Of a stretch of DNA of 64,000 nt, positions 17,114 through 26,038 are shown one piece after another. The stretch spans positions 322,976-386,975 of the forward strand of contig CAVROO010000014.1 in assembly GCA_963722765.1 (NCBI GenBank), read 5' to 3'. The DNA is from an uncultured Acidobacteriota bacterium (GTDB taxonomy: Bacteria; Acidobacteriota; Vicinamibacteria; Marinacidobacterales; DATDRI01). The notes under the pieces are model-generated. The model ran no database searches, was not told the DNA's origin, and was given only the letters and a program-made list of their open reading frames with translations. The first letter of the stretch is position 1. Each line of letters begins with the position of its first letter. Made by a program: the position numbers and the translations under genes.

Positions 17114-18843
17114 TGGTCGAAGACCGCGATCTCCTCTCCATTCAGGAAGCACGCCGTTTGGTGATGCGAGCTAGGGAGGCTTGGAGCTCTTTTGCGCATG
17201 TCTCTCAGGATAAGGTCGATCGAATCGTCGCCGCGGCGGCCGAGGCGGCATCGGAAGCTTCGAGACGTTTGGCTGAAATGGCGATCGAGGAGACGGGCTT
17301 TGGTGTTCTCGAGCACAAGTTCATCAAGAACAAGTTCGCATCGGTGGAGGTTTTTCGGTTCATCAAAGATCTGAAAACGGTAGGTGTCATTCGGGAAATT
17401 CCCGAGAAGCAAGTCTATGAAATCGCCGAGCCGGTGGGAGTGGTTGCGGCCGTCGTACCATCGACGAATCCCACCTCGACGGCGATCTACAAGATTCTCA
17501 TCAGTCTCAAATCCCGTAATACCGTGGTCTTGTCGCCCCATCCGGCTGCGAAGGAGTGTATCAAGGCGACCGCCGAAATAATGGGCAAAGCAGCCGTTGC
17601 GGCCGGAGCACCGGAAGGTGCGGTCTCTTGTATGGAGCACGTATCGCTCGAAGGTACACAGGAGCTCATGAGCCACCGGCGGACGTCCGTTATTCTTGCC
17701 ACCGGAGGGATGGGACTGGTGCGGGCCGCCTACAGCTCGGGGAAACCCGCTTTCGGAGTTGGACCGGGTAATGTACCCGCTTATATCGAGTCTTCCGCCG
17801 ATGTGAAAAAGGCGGTGGGGGATGTTCTGACCGGCAAGAGCTTCGATAACGGCACGCTGTGCTGCTCGGAGCAGGCGCTCATCTGCGATAGCTCCATTTC
17901 CGCTCAGGTTCGAGAAGAAGTGGTGCAGCAGGGCGGTGCTTTCCTCTCGCCCGCCGAAGCCGACGCGGTGGCCAAAATCGCGGTGACACCGAGTCGGCTG
18001 GCTAATCCGGAGATAGTGGGCAAGGACGCAACCCTCATTGCGGCCAAAGCGGGAGTGAATGTACCCGCCGGGACGAGGGTGTTGGTCGCCGAACTGGATG
18101 GAGTCGGCCGGGACTATCCGTTGTCGATCGAAAAGCTTTCACCGATCCTGGCCTTTTATGTCGTCAAGGACTGGCGGGAGGGGTGTGAACGGGCCAAGCA
18201 AGTGCTCGCCTACGGCGGAATGGGGCATACGCTTTCCATTCACTCACGAAACCAGGACATCATCATGAAGTTCGCCCTGGAAAAGCCGGCTCATCGGGTC
18301 ATCGTCAACTCGCCGGCTTCCCATGGGGCGGTGGGATTTTCTTCCGGCCTCGATCCGGCTATGACACTGGGGTGTGGAGCATACGGCGGCAACATTACGT
18401 CGGACAACATCACTCCCATGCACCTCATCAACGTCAAGAGACTTGCCTTTGAGGTCCGCCCTGCCGATCTGGATAAAGCTCTGGTGGATTATGGTTTCTC
18501 GAGCGCAGCGAAATCGCCAACCGTGCGCGCCGGTGTGATGCCCTCTGTCGAAGAGCGTGTCTCCGATTTCCTCGATCAGCGGGGGTTCTCCTCGCACCGC
18601 ACTGGCGTTCCGAGCCCCGTTGCGAGTGTGCCGAGCAGTGCATCGAACGAACCTCGCAAGGAATCGGCTTCCGGTTCGAAGCTTACGACACCCCCTGAGC
18701 CGTCACCTCTCGATTTCATTTCCGAGGAGGATGTGCGGGTTGCGATGGAGCAAGGAAGGAAGCTCGCGGTGAGACCCGGTACGGTCATTACCCCTTCGGC
18801 GAAGGACCTCGGCAACGAGAACGGGGTCTTCATAAGAACTTAG
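17113..18843 (+). CDS. Acylating (CoA-dependent) aldehyde dehydrogenase, EutE/PduP-like, with a ~110-aa C-terminal extension
   Basis: VVPSTNPTST, the catalytic region SFDNGTLCCSEQ, and GMGHTLSIHS. Its ATG overlaps the BMC-H stop codon (TGATG). The tail has a P/S-rich linker followed by FISEEDVRVAMEQGRKLAVRPGTVITPSAKDLGNENGVFI. Confidence 0.85.
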   Translation: MVEDRDLLSIQEARRLVMRAREAWSSFAHVSQDKVDRIVAAAAEAASEASRRLAEMAIEETGFGVLEHKFIKNKFASVEVFRFIKDLKTVGVIREIPEKQVYEIAEPVGVVAAVVPSTNPTSTAIYKILISLKSRNTVVLSPHPAAKECIKATAEIMGKAAVAAGAPEGAVSCMEHVSLEGTQELMSHRRTSVILATGGMGLVRAAYSSGKPAFGVGPGNVPAYIESSADVKKAVGDVLTGKSFDNGTLCCSEQALICDSSISAQVREEVVQQGGAFLSPAEADAVAKIAVTPSRLANPEIVGKDATLIAAKAGVNVPAGTRVLVAELDGVGRDYPLSIEKLSPILAFYVVKDWREGCERAKQVLAYGGMGHTLSIHSRNQDIIMKFALEKPAHRVIVNSPASHGAVGFSSGLDPAMTLGCGAYGGNITSDNITPMHLINVKRLAFEVRPADLDKALVDYGFSSAAKSPTVRAGVMPSVEERVSDFLDQRGFSSHRTGVPSPVASVPSSASNEPRKESASGSKLTTPPEPSPLDFISEEDVRVAMEQGRKLAVRPGTVITPSAKDLGNENGVFIRT

Positions 18844-18895
18844 ATGAAGCAGTCAGCAGCTAGCAGTCAGTAGTAAGAAAGAAGAAGAACCGAAC

Positions 18896-20686
18896 ATGAG
18901 AAGCGTGCCGAGTATGTCTTACCTCGTGGGTTTGATCCTCTTTTGTCTGAGTTGGGGTTGTGCGGGACGTTCACCGTCGGCTCACGAGCCCGGCAAAGCC
19001 ACCGCCGCACCGGACACTGAGCTTTCAGAGACCCAAAAGCTTGTCCAGGAGGCCAGGTCCGAGATGGAGCGCGGCGAGAGCCTTCTCGAACAGGATCGCG
19101 ACGAGGAAGCGCGTCTTGCTTTCAACCGCGCTATCGACATCCTCCTTGGTTGTGAGGGCGGAGCGGAGGGCCACCCGGAAATCGGTCCCATCTACGATCG
19201 TATCGTTCGCCACATCCACGGTCTCGACGTGACCGAACTAAACGCGGCGGACGAAGAACGGCCCGGCCAAACGCTCTGGCAGGACGATCTCGATGCCGCG
19301 ATCAATGTTTCGGATGTGGATCTCGGCACGCCCGCGGCAGCTTCCCCATCTGACTCTCAACCTTACGACCTACCTATCGAGATGAACAAGCGGGTCGAGG
19401 CTGTCATCTCCATGTTCCAGGACCGCCGCCGCGACTGGTTTCAATCCGCATTACGTCGTTCTGGGCGGTACATCGAATACGCCCGTGAAGTTTTTCGTGA
19501 AGAGGGCTTGCCTCAGGACTTGGTCTACCTCGCGATGGTGGAAAGTGCGTTCAAGCCGCGAGCCGTATCGAGAGCGGGGGCTCGGGGCGTTTGGCAGTTC
19601 ATGCATGGCACCGGTCTTCTTTACGGACTTCGCCGAGACTATTGGGTGGACGAGCGGTTCGACCCGGAGAAATCGACTCGGGCGGCGGCCGAGCATCTCA
19701 GAGACCTGTACGAAGAATTCGGAGACTGGTACCTGGTCATGGCTGCCTATAACGCGGGACCGAACAAGGTCAAACGAGCCATCGCGCGAACGGGCTCGAG
19801 GGACTTCTGGCAGCTTTCCCGGACGCGATACCTGCGGCGAGAAACGAAGAGCTATGTACCGTTGATACTCGCCACGGTAGTTATTGCGAAAGATCCGGAG
19901 CGATATGGTTTCGACACGGAACGGGAGCCTCGGGTCACTTTCGATGTCGTGGAGCTCGACTCTCCCATCGATTTGAACACCGCGGCGAAGTGTGCGGAAA
20001 CGTCTTTGTCGGATATGAAGGACCTCAATCCCGAGCTTCGGCGATGGGTGACTCCCCTCGATCGCGGCCAATGGTCTCTCAAATTGCCTGAAGGTTCTCG
20101 CGACAAGTTTTGCGCCGCCCTCGAGTCTATCCCGCCCGAGGATCGAGTTCGTTTCGTGACCTACACGGTGCGACGTGGGGACACTTTGTCTCAAATCGCG
20201 CGTCGCTATCGTACCTCGGTGACGGCTCTTGCCGACTCGAACCACATCGGGAGGCGCTTCCTCATCAAACCTGGCCAGGTTTTGACGGTTCCGGTACCCG
20301 AGGGTACCGCTCCTCAGAGGGCTTCATCTCGAAACCGGCTTGCGGAGTTGGCTGCATCAAACGGGGGCAGTGTTCACGTTGTCCAGTCGGGGGACACGCT
20401 TAGTGAGATTGCGGATGCTTATGGCGTAAGCCTCGGTAACTTGCGTAGTTGGAACGGATTGGGAAGACGGAGTCTCATCCATCCGGGGCAAAAGCTCGTC
20501 GTCGAAACGGGAAGCGCCACCACTGAAGACGGTCGTCTCGTCTATCGAGTGCAGCGGGGAGACACGCTTGCCAAGATCGCCCGCCGTTTCTCCGTGAGTG
20601 TTTCGGACCTGCAACGGTGGAACAAGCTCTCGCACGACCGTATTTACGTTGGGGACTCTCTCGAGATTTTCACCACCAGCCCTTGA
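18896..20686 (+). CDS. Lytic murein transglycosylase (MltD-like) with three LysM domains
   Basis: SLT-domain motifs ([23 protein letters not shown] and [10 protein letters not shown]), then three repeats of the form Y.V..GDTLS.IA..Y. Confidence 0.85.
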   Translation: MRSVPSMSYLVGLILFCLSWGCAGRSPSAHEPGKATAAPDTELSETQKLVQEARSEMERGESLLEQDRDEEARLAFNRAIDILLGCEGGAEGHPEIGPIYDRIVRHIHGLDVTELNAADEERPGQTLWQDDLDAAINVSDVDLGTPAAASPSDSQPYDLPIEMNKRVEAVISMFQDRRRDWFQSALRRSGRYIEYAREVFREEGLPQDLVYLAMVESAFKPRAVSRAGARGVWQFMHGTGLLYGLRRDYWVDERFDPEKSTRAAAEHLRDLYEEFGDWYLVMAAYNAGPNKVKRAIARTGSRDFWQLSRTRYLRRETKSYVPLILATVVIAKDPERYGFDTEREPRVTFDVVELDSPIDLNTAAKCAETSLSDMKDLNPELRRWVTPLDRGQWSLKLPEGSRDKFCAALESIPPEDRVRFVTYTVRRGDTLSQIARRYRTSVTALADSNHIGRRFLIKPGQVLTVPVPEGTAPQRASSRNRLAELAASNGGSVHVVQSGDTLSEIADAYGVSLGNLRSWNGLGRRSLIHPGQKLVVETGSATTEDGRLVYRVQRGDTLAKIARRFSVSVSDLQRWNKLSHDRIYVGDSLEIFTTSP

Positions 20687-20940
20687 TTGTGAAGAAAATC
20701 GGAGCCCGCGGCGAATTGGATCCGTGTCACGCTTGAACTTTGGTCTTTTCATGGAGACAATAGGGCTATCGAGAGTGCTCGGGGTCGGCAAATTTGGGGC
20801 GGACAGACCGGCTTGACAGATTCGCGAGGCGATGGTACGTTTCGCCCGGTCTCGTAGAATTTTTGCGACCGGCCTCTGGCCCAATATTATTGACTCGAGC
20901 CCCCTAAAACAGATCCCCACATTCACAAAATCGGTGAGAT

Positions 20941-21315
20941 ATGGAAACCGTCAGAGAGTTTAGTACCGACCATCAGAAGCACTTGAAGACGGCGATGGAC
21001 GAGCTGGTCGCGTCGGGCGTGGAGGACGGCTTTGTGATTTTCGAGACAGACGAGGGGAAGTTCTTACAGTTTACGTTTAACAAAGGCGACGGTCTTACCT
21101 TCGACTTACCACGCATGGGACTCACCGAGGAAGAGCTGCAGCAGGTGTGTAAGCTCGAGGGGCTCGAGGCGATGACCGAGACCGAGATTTCTTATCTTCT
21201 GAAGGTAGGTGTCGATACCAAGATGGGCGCTCGCTTGGCCAACTGTATCTTCCGACAAGTTTTTGGCTGTTCCGAAGACTATCGTATCCAGGCAACGACC
21301 GATATCGAGGCTTAA
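20941..21315 (+). CDS. Hypothetical protein
   Basis: 124-aa ORF with protein-like composition. I recognise no family. Confidence 0.5.
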   Translation: METVREFSTDHQKHLKTAMDELVASGVEDGFVIFETDEGKFLQFTFNKGDGLTFDLPRMGLTEEELQQVCKLEGLEAMTETEISYLLKVGVDTKMGARLANCIFRQVFGCSEDYRIQATTDIEA

Positions 21316-21328
21316 CCGCTTCTAATAC

Positions 21329-21443
21329 CAATAAAGGGACAGGTCCCCTTCTTTAGAAGTACCTTACTCCCAAAAGGGACCTGTCCCTTTATTACCCTTC
21401 TTCAGACGTACCTTACTTCCAAAAGGGACCTGTCCCTTTATTA
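21329..21443. repeat. Hairpin with a duplicated 3' arm, built on the GGGACAGGTCCC / GGGACCTGTCCC palindrome
   Basis: AATAAAGGGACAGGTCCC (21329-21346) can pair with GGGACCTGTCCCTTTATT at either 21375-21392 or 21425-21442. The ~49 bp unit carrying the 3' arm is tandemly duplicated. Confidence 0.8.
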
Positions 21444-21494
21444 GCAAATAAATCGCTTCTCCAAGGAGGTTTTTCTACTGTTTGTCGTCCTCCC

Positions 21495-23180
21495 ATGTAT
21501 ATGTTGTCCCGCGCATGGTCCGGAGCCGTTCGAGGGATCGAGGGCTACCTCGTCCAAGTCGAAGTTTTTCTGACCCAGGGAACTCCCGGAATCCATACCG
21601 TGGGGCTTCCCGACTCGGCCGTCCGGGAGGCGAGAGAACGGGTTAAAGCTGCTATTACGAACAACGGATTTAAGTTCCCCAAATGGAAAGCCATCGTCAA
21701 TCTGGCGCCGGCCGATGTGCGAAAACACGGCTCGGCCTTCGATCTCGCCGTCGCTGCCGGCATTTTGGCGGCTGAGCGAGGAGGAAGCGGGAACGGAAAC
21801 GATAGGTTACGCAGCAGGCTCGAAAATATACTTCTCCTCGGCGAACTGGCTTTGGACGGGGACGTGCGGCCGGCGCGAGGGACTTTGAGTATTACCGTTG
21901 AGGCGAAAACCCGCGGCCTGCAAGCTATTTTGGTGCCCAAATCTAATTTCCGCGAGGCGACCCTTGTTCAAGGGATGGACGTCTACCCCGTGGGATCCTT
22001 GCGGGAAGCGATAGATCTGCTCGAGAGCGAGGAGTTACCACCGCCGGTGAGCCCTATTGCCGGACCGACTCGCCCCGGGACCTGCCCGATCTCTTCGGAA
22101 GTCAAAGGTCAGTTCGTCGCAAGGAGGGCCATCGAGATAGCGGCTGCGGGCGGGCACAACCTCCTTTTGTCCGGTCCGCCTGGAGCGGGAAAAACACTGC
22201 TGGCTCGTCGCATGCCTTCGATCCTACCGGAGCTCGGGTTCGAGGATGCTTTGGAAGTGACCAAGGTTCACTCGGTGGCGGGTCGGCTGTCGGGAAACGG
22301 CGCCCTTCTCACCAATCCGCCATTTCGGGCACCTCACCACACAGCATCTTGGGCTGCCATGGCGGGTGGTGGGATAGGCCCGATGCCGGGAGAAGTGAGC
22401 TTGGCGCACGGCGGCGTCCTGTTTCTCGACGAGCTTGCGGAGTTTGCCCGTGGTACACTGGAGTCACTGAGGCAGCCGCTCGAAGATGGGAGCATCGTGA
22501 TCAGCCGGGTTGGATCGTCGGTCTGCTACCCGGCCAAGTTCATCATGGTCGCGGCCATGAATCCTTGCCCCTGTGGATACCTCGGAGCCGAAAGCCGACC
22601 CTGCACCTGCACTCCACAGATGGTGAACCGCTACCGTTCGCGGGTTTCCGGGCCGCTTCTCGACCGTGTGGACCTACACGTCTTTGTCCGCCCTTTGCCG
22701 GCCGATGAGTTGATGGGCCCATTGGTTGCTGAATCCTCGTCCTCAGTTCGGCTGCGGGTACTCGCCGCGCGAGCAAATGCAACGGAAACGATTTCGGCGG
22801 AGCGGAGCTCGCGTGAACGCCGACATGACTCCTCGCCAAATAACGCACTATTGCCCTCTCGATCCGGCTGGGCGCCGGCTCTCCGACAGGCGATTGGCCG
22901 GTTGGGGCTCTCGGCACGTGCCTATCACCGGATCATCAAGGTCGCCCGCACGATTGCCGACCTCGGCGGACAAGAGGCCCTCACCGAAACTCATCTCCAG
23001 GAAGCGATACAGTACCGAATTTTCGAGGCCCAATCGTTCGGATCAAATAAAATTTTGAGTAGGACTCAGAGCTCAGAACCCAGAACTCAAGAATGGAATC
23101 TAGGAGGGCGATTTGCCTCACACAAGGTTTCGCCGCCGTCAACAGGGATTTCTTGGGCCCCGTTCAAGACCTTTCGCTGA
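21495..23180 (+). CDS. comM: YifB/ComM-family Mg-chelatase-like AAA+ ATPase
   Basis: Lon-protease-like N-domain (IVNLAPADVRKHGSAFDLAVAAGILAA), Walker A LLLSGPPGAGKTLLA, the box GVLFLDELAEF, and the C-terminal RIIKVARTIADL. The segment at about 22775-22880 is better encoded in another frame. Confidence 0.85.
   Translation: MYMLSRAWSGAVRGIEGYLVQVEVFLTQGTPGIHTVGLPDSAVREARERVKAAITNNGFKFPKWKAIVNLAPADVRKHGSAFDLAVAAGILAAERGGSGNGNDRLRSRLENILLLGELALDGDVRPARGTLSITVEAKTRGLQAILVPKSNFREATLVQGMDVYPVGSLREAIDLLESEELPPPVSPIAGPTRPGTCPISSEVKGQFVARRAIEIAAAGGHNLLLSGPPGAGKTLLARRMPSILPELGFEDALEVTKVHSVAGRLSGNGALLTNPPFRAPHHTASWAAMAGGGIGPMPGEVSLAHGGVLFLDELAEFARGTLESLRQPLEDGSIVISRVGSSVCYPAKFIMVAAMNPCPCGYLGAESRPCTCTPQMVNRYRSRVSGPLLDRVDLHVFVRPLPADELMGPLVAESSSSVRLRVLAARANATETISAERSSRERRHDSSPNNALLPSRSGWAPALRQAIGRLGLSARAYHRIIKVARTIADLGGQEALTETHLQEAIQYRIFEAQSFGSNKILSRTQSSEPRTQEWNLGGRFASHKVSPPSTGISWAPFKTFR
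23061..23125 (-). repeat. Dispersed hairpin-(GAGTTCTN)n element (reverse orientation, degenerate)
   Basis: The minus strand reads ..GAGGCAAATCGCCCTCCTAGATTCCATTCTTGAGTTCTGGGTTCTGAGCTCTGAGTCC. Confidence 0.7.
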
Positions 23181-23181
23181 T

Positions 23182-23300
23182 TAAATCCCGAAGATGACGG
23201 CGACGACGCCTTAACTTGCGCCCCGCTAGTCCCGACGAAGGAGGGGAGCCGTCCTCCCGTTCCATTCCGGGTTCTCGAGTACTTGAGTTCTCGGGTTCTT
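23182..23300 (+). repeat. Full-length 'TAAATCC-hairpin-(GAGTTCTN)n' element, in an inverted pair with 23061-23125
   Basis: TAAATCCCGAAGATGACGGCGACGACGCCTTAACTTGCGCCCCGCTAGTCCCGACGAAGGAGGGGAGCCGTCCTCCCGTTCCATTCCGGGTTCTCGAGTACTTGAGTTCTCGGGTTCTT. Confidence 0.85.
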
Positions 23301-23332
23301 CCCCGGGAGAAACCATTTCCTTGGGAGCCTAT

Positions 23333-24742
23333 ATGGGTGTAAGATCGAAGCTTGTGCGTATGAAAGGCTTGTCAACCAAAATTTTCTTTTCGTTGATTCT
23401 CCTTTTCACAGGAGGCGCAGTCGTCTATCTGACGGGTTCCGCGTCGGGCGACCTCAAGGTAGGAAGCTATGGTTCTAGTCACAAGGTCATGCTTCTCGGC
23501 TTCGATGGGCTGGACCCCGAGTTTCTCGAGTTTCTGGTCGCGGAGGGGAAACTTCCGAACTTCGAGCGTTTGATGCGAGAAGGAGCCTACGCTCCTTGTC
23601 GGACTTTCAAGCCCACCAAGTCGGTGGTGGTCTGGACTTCCATTGCTACCGGAAAGCGGATGGAGAAGCACGGCATCATCGACTGGATGCTGCTCTCGGA
23701 GGATAAGCAGGAACAGGTTCACGTGACGGGAAACGTCCGTCGTACCGAGGCCATGTGGAATATAGCTTCTACCGCTGGAAAATCGGTTCAGGTTCTGAAT
23801 TGGTGGGCGACATGGCCGGCGGAATCGGTCCAGGGTGAGTTGGTTTCAAACCACTACGCCAAGGCTCGGGGCGATACGCTCGAGGATGTGACCTACCCGG
23901 CCGACCTAGCTGTTGAGTTGGAGCCACTCAGGGCCATATCCCGAGAAGAGGCTGAGCAAGAGATGAAGGCCGCCGGCATTCCCGTTTATGCGCCGGAAAT
24001 TGCCAATGCGACCTTCCGACCATCCAACAATTTTCGGAAGAACTTCCGAGCGTCCGTTGGGCACTTCGTGGAAGATCGGCTCACCGAGCGGGTTGCGCTC
24101 CACCTTCTCGAAACTCGCGACCAGAGAGACTTGTTCGGCGTTATATTCAGAAACCCGGACATTTTTTCCCATTTTCTCTGGCGATTCGTCGATCGTCGCC
24201 TCGCCGAGAAGGTTTTCCGGCAGCTCATGGACGAAAAAGTCCCCCTGACACCGCAGATCGAGAGGCGGATGGACGAGGCCTACGCCAGGGTCCTCGAACC
24301 GGTCTACATCCACGAGGACCGGCGCTTAGGGCGGTTGATGGCGATGGCTGGACCGGATACAGTGGTCATCGTGGTTTCCGACCATGGATTTAAATTTCGA
24401 CCCTATGGTTTCTATCATTACGGATTGGACGCTGGTGGGGGGACAATCGCTCCTCCTGGGGTGATTTTCCTATGGGGTCCTCCGATCCGGCCTCAGGCCA
24501 GGCTCCAGGCTCCCAGCGTGTTCGATGTCACTCCCACTCTCCTTTATCTGATGGGGCTTCCCATAGGACAGGATATGGACGGGAGGGTTCTCACGGAAGC
24601 CATTAATTCTCAATTACTTGCGGGTCGTCCGATCCAGTGGGTGGCGACTCACGACACAGGAAGGCGAGGTGGCAAGCCTTTGCCGAGTGCCATCGATGCA
24701 GACATTTTAGATGAACTGAAAACACTGGGATATGTCCGTTGA
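23333..24742 (+). CDS. Alkaline-phosphatase-superfamily protein (nucleotide pyrophosphatase/phosphodiesterase-like)
   Basis: N-terminal TM segment, then VMLLGFDGLDPEF..GKLPNFERLMREGA...TKSVVVWTSIATG and VVSDHGF. The track ORF's upstream part (23216-23332) lies inside a repeat. Confidence 0.7.
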   Translation: MGVRSKLVRMKGLSTKIFFSLILLFTGGAVVYLTGSASGDLKVGSYGSSHKVMLLGFDGLDPEFLEFLVAEGKLPNFERLMREGAYAPCRTFKPTKSVVVWTSIATGKRMEKHGIIDWMLLSEDKQEQVHVTGNVRRTEAMWNIASTAGKSVQVLNWWATWPAESVQGELVSNHYAKARGDTLEDVTYPADLAVELEPLRAISREEAEQEMKAAGIPVYAPEIANATFRPSNNFRKNFRASVGHFVEDRLTERVALHLLETRDQRDLFGVIFRNPDIFSHFLWRFVDRRLAEKVFRQLMDEKVPLTPQIERRMDEAYARVLEPVYIHEDRRLGRLMAMAGPDTVVIVVSDHGFKFRPYGFYHYGLDAGGGTIAPPGVIFLWGPPIRPQARLQAPSVFDVTPTLLYLMGLPIGQDMDGRVLTEAINSQLLAGRPIQWVATHDTGRRGGKPLPSAIDADILDELKTLGYVR

Positions 24743-24909
24743 AAGGCATGTTTTTTGCAGTAAATTTAGGAATTGATCGTGTGTCCCTGGGGCTTGAATT
24801 TTTCTCTTGACAGTCTTTGCGCTGCTGTAGTACCCAATGGGGCGCTTTATGAGTCGTGTAACGCTATTATCTTAAGCACTTATGTGGTCCGTCCCCAAAG
24901 GTCGGTACG

Positions 24910-25854
24910 ATGCCAAAACAATCTTACACGGTAATTTTGGTCCCCCATGGGGGAGCGAAGTATCGCAAATATCATATCTCTGCGTTTAAACTTGCAATCA
25001 TTGCCTGCTCCGCCGGTTTAACTTTGATCGTCGCCGGAGTGCTGGGGTTCCATTACGCTCGGTTTTACAGCGAGTTAGGGGATCTGCAGCGCGTTCGCAA
25101 TATCAATGCAGAGCTTCGCCAGCAAAACCTCGATTACGAGGTTTCGGCGGAGCACCTCAATCGTCGGGTCACCTCCCTCCAGGATTTCGTGAAGAAACTC
25201 TCGGTCATGGCGGGCCTGGATACGGATGTCGCCGGCGAGTCCATGGGCGGTATCGGTGGTCCGAATGACGACTGGGCCCAGTCGGATAGCAGTGCCTACG
25301 CGCAGGTCAAGGAAGACCTCCAGTTCATGGCCGGCGAATTGACGACGCTCGAGGAGAAGGGCAGGGTGCTGGAGCGATTCTACGAGCAGAACTCCCTCAT
25401 GCTGGCCTCGACTCCCTCCATTTGGCCGGTTCGAGGTTACCTGTCGTCAACTTTCGGCAATAGAAAGGACCCGTTCACGGGCCAGCCCGATTATCATTCT
25501 GGGATTGACGTATCGACCCCCATTGGCCGCCCCGTCGTTGCCACCGCGGACGGCGTCGTGCTCTACTCGTCGCGCAGAGGCAGCTATGGGAACACGGTGG
25601 TGGTCGATCACAAATACGGCATGATGACCCTTTACGGACATTTGTCTCGGTTCAATGTTCGGCCGGGAAAGCGAGTGAAACGTGGTGACGTCATCGGCTA
25701 TGTGGGCAACACCGGCCGGAGTCGAGGGCCTCACTTGCACTACGAAGTTTGGGTCTCAGGCCGAGCCGTACCCCCGCTGGACTATATCCTCGAGTACGCG
25801 GAAGCCCTCAACGCCAAGCTGAGGGAAAAACGGTCGGGCCGCGGAACGGACTAA
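24910..25854 (+). CDS. M23-family peptidoglycan metalloendopeptidase
   Basis: TM segment, coiled-coil region, and the M23 motifs HSGIDV and GNTGRSRGPHLHYEV. Confidence 0.85.
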   Translation: MPKQSYTVILVPHGGAKYRKYHISAFKLAIIACSAGLTLIVAGVLGFHYARFYSELGDLQRVRNINAELRQQNLDYEVSAEHLNRRVTSLQDFVKKLSVMAGLDTDVAGESMGGIGGPNDDWAQSDSSAYAQVKEDLQFMAGELTTLEEKGRVLERFYEQNSLMLASTPSIWPVRGYLSSTFGNRKDPFTGQPDYHSGIDVSTPIGRPVVATADGVVLYSSRRGSYGNTVVVDHKYGMMTLYGHLSRFNVRPGKRVKRGDVIGYVGNTGRSRGPHLHYEVWVSGRAVPPLDYILEYAEALNAKLREKRSGRGTD

Positions 25855-26038
25855 CCCTCCTGCGATGACCTGAAGACTGCGGGTGCCTGATCTTTCGAGT
25901 CCTTGATCTCTGGGCTTACTTCCCCTAAGTCTCTGTAAATAGAAACGATAGCGTTCGCCGCGTCAATTGCGCCGGTTGATAACCAAACGGGCTTTTGCTA
26001 AACTGGCGTGTTTTTATCTAGCCTCAAACGATTCGCCC

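Noticed and set aside
20357-20926. 189-aa minus-strand ORF spanning the mltD 3' end and the downstream intergenic region.
   Set aside because: It overlaps the well-supported LysM region on the opposite strand and has Arg/Ser/Pro-rich composition and no recognisable domain.
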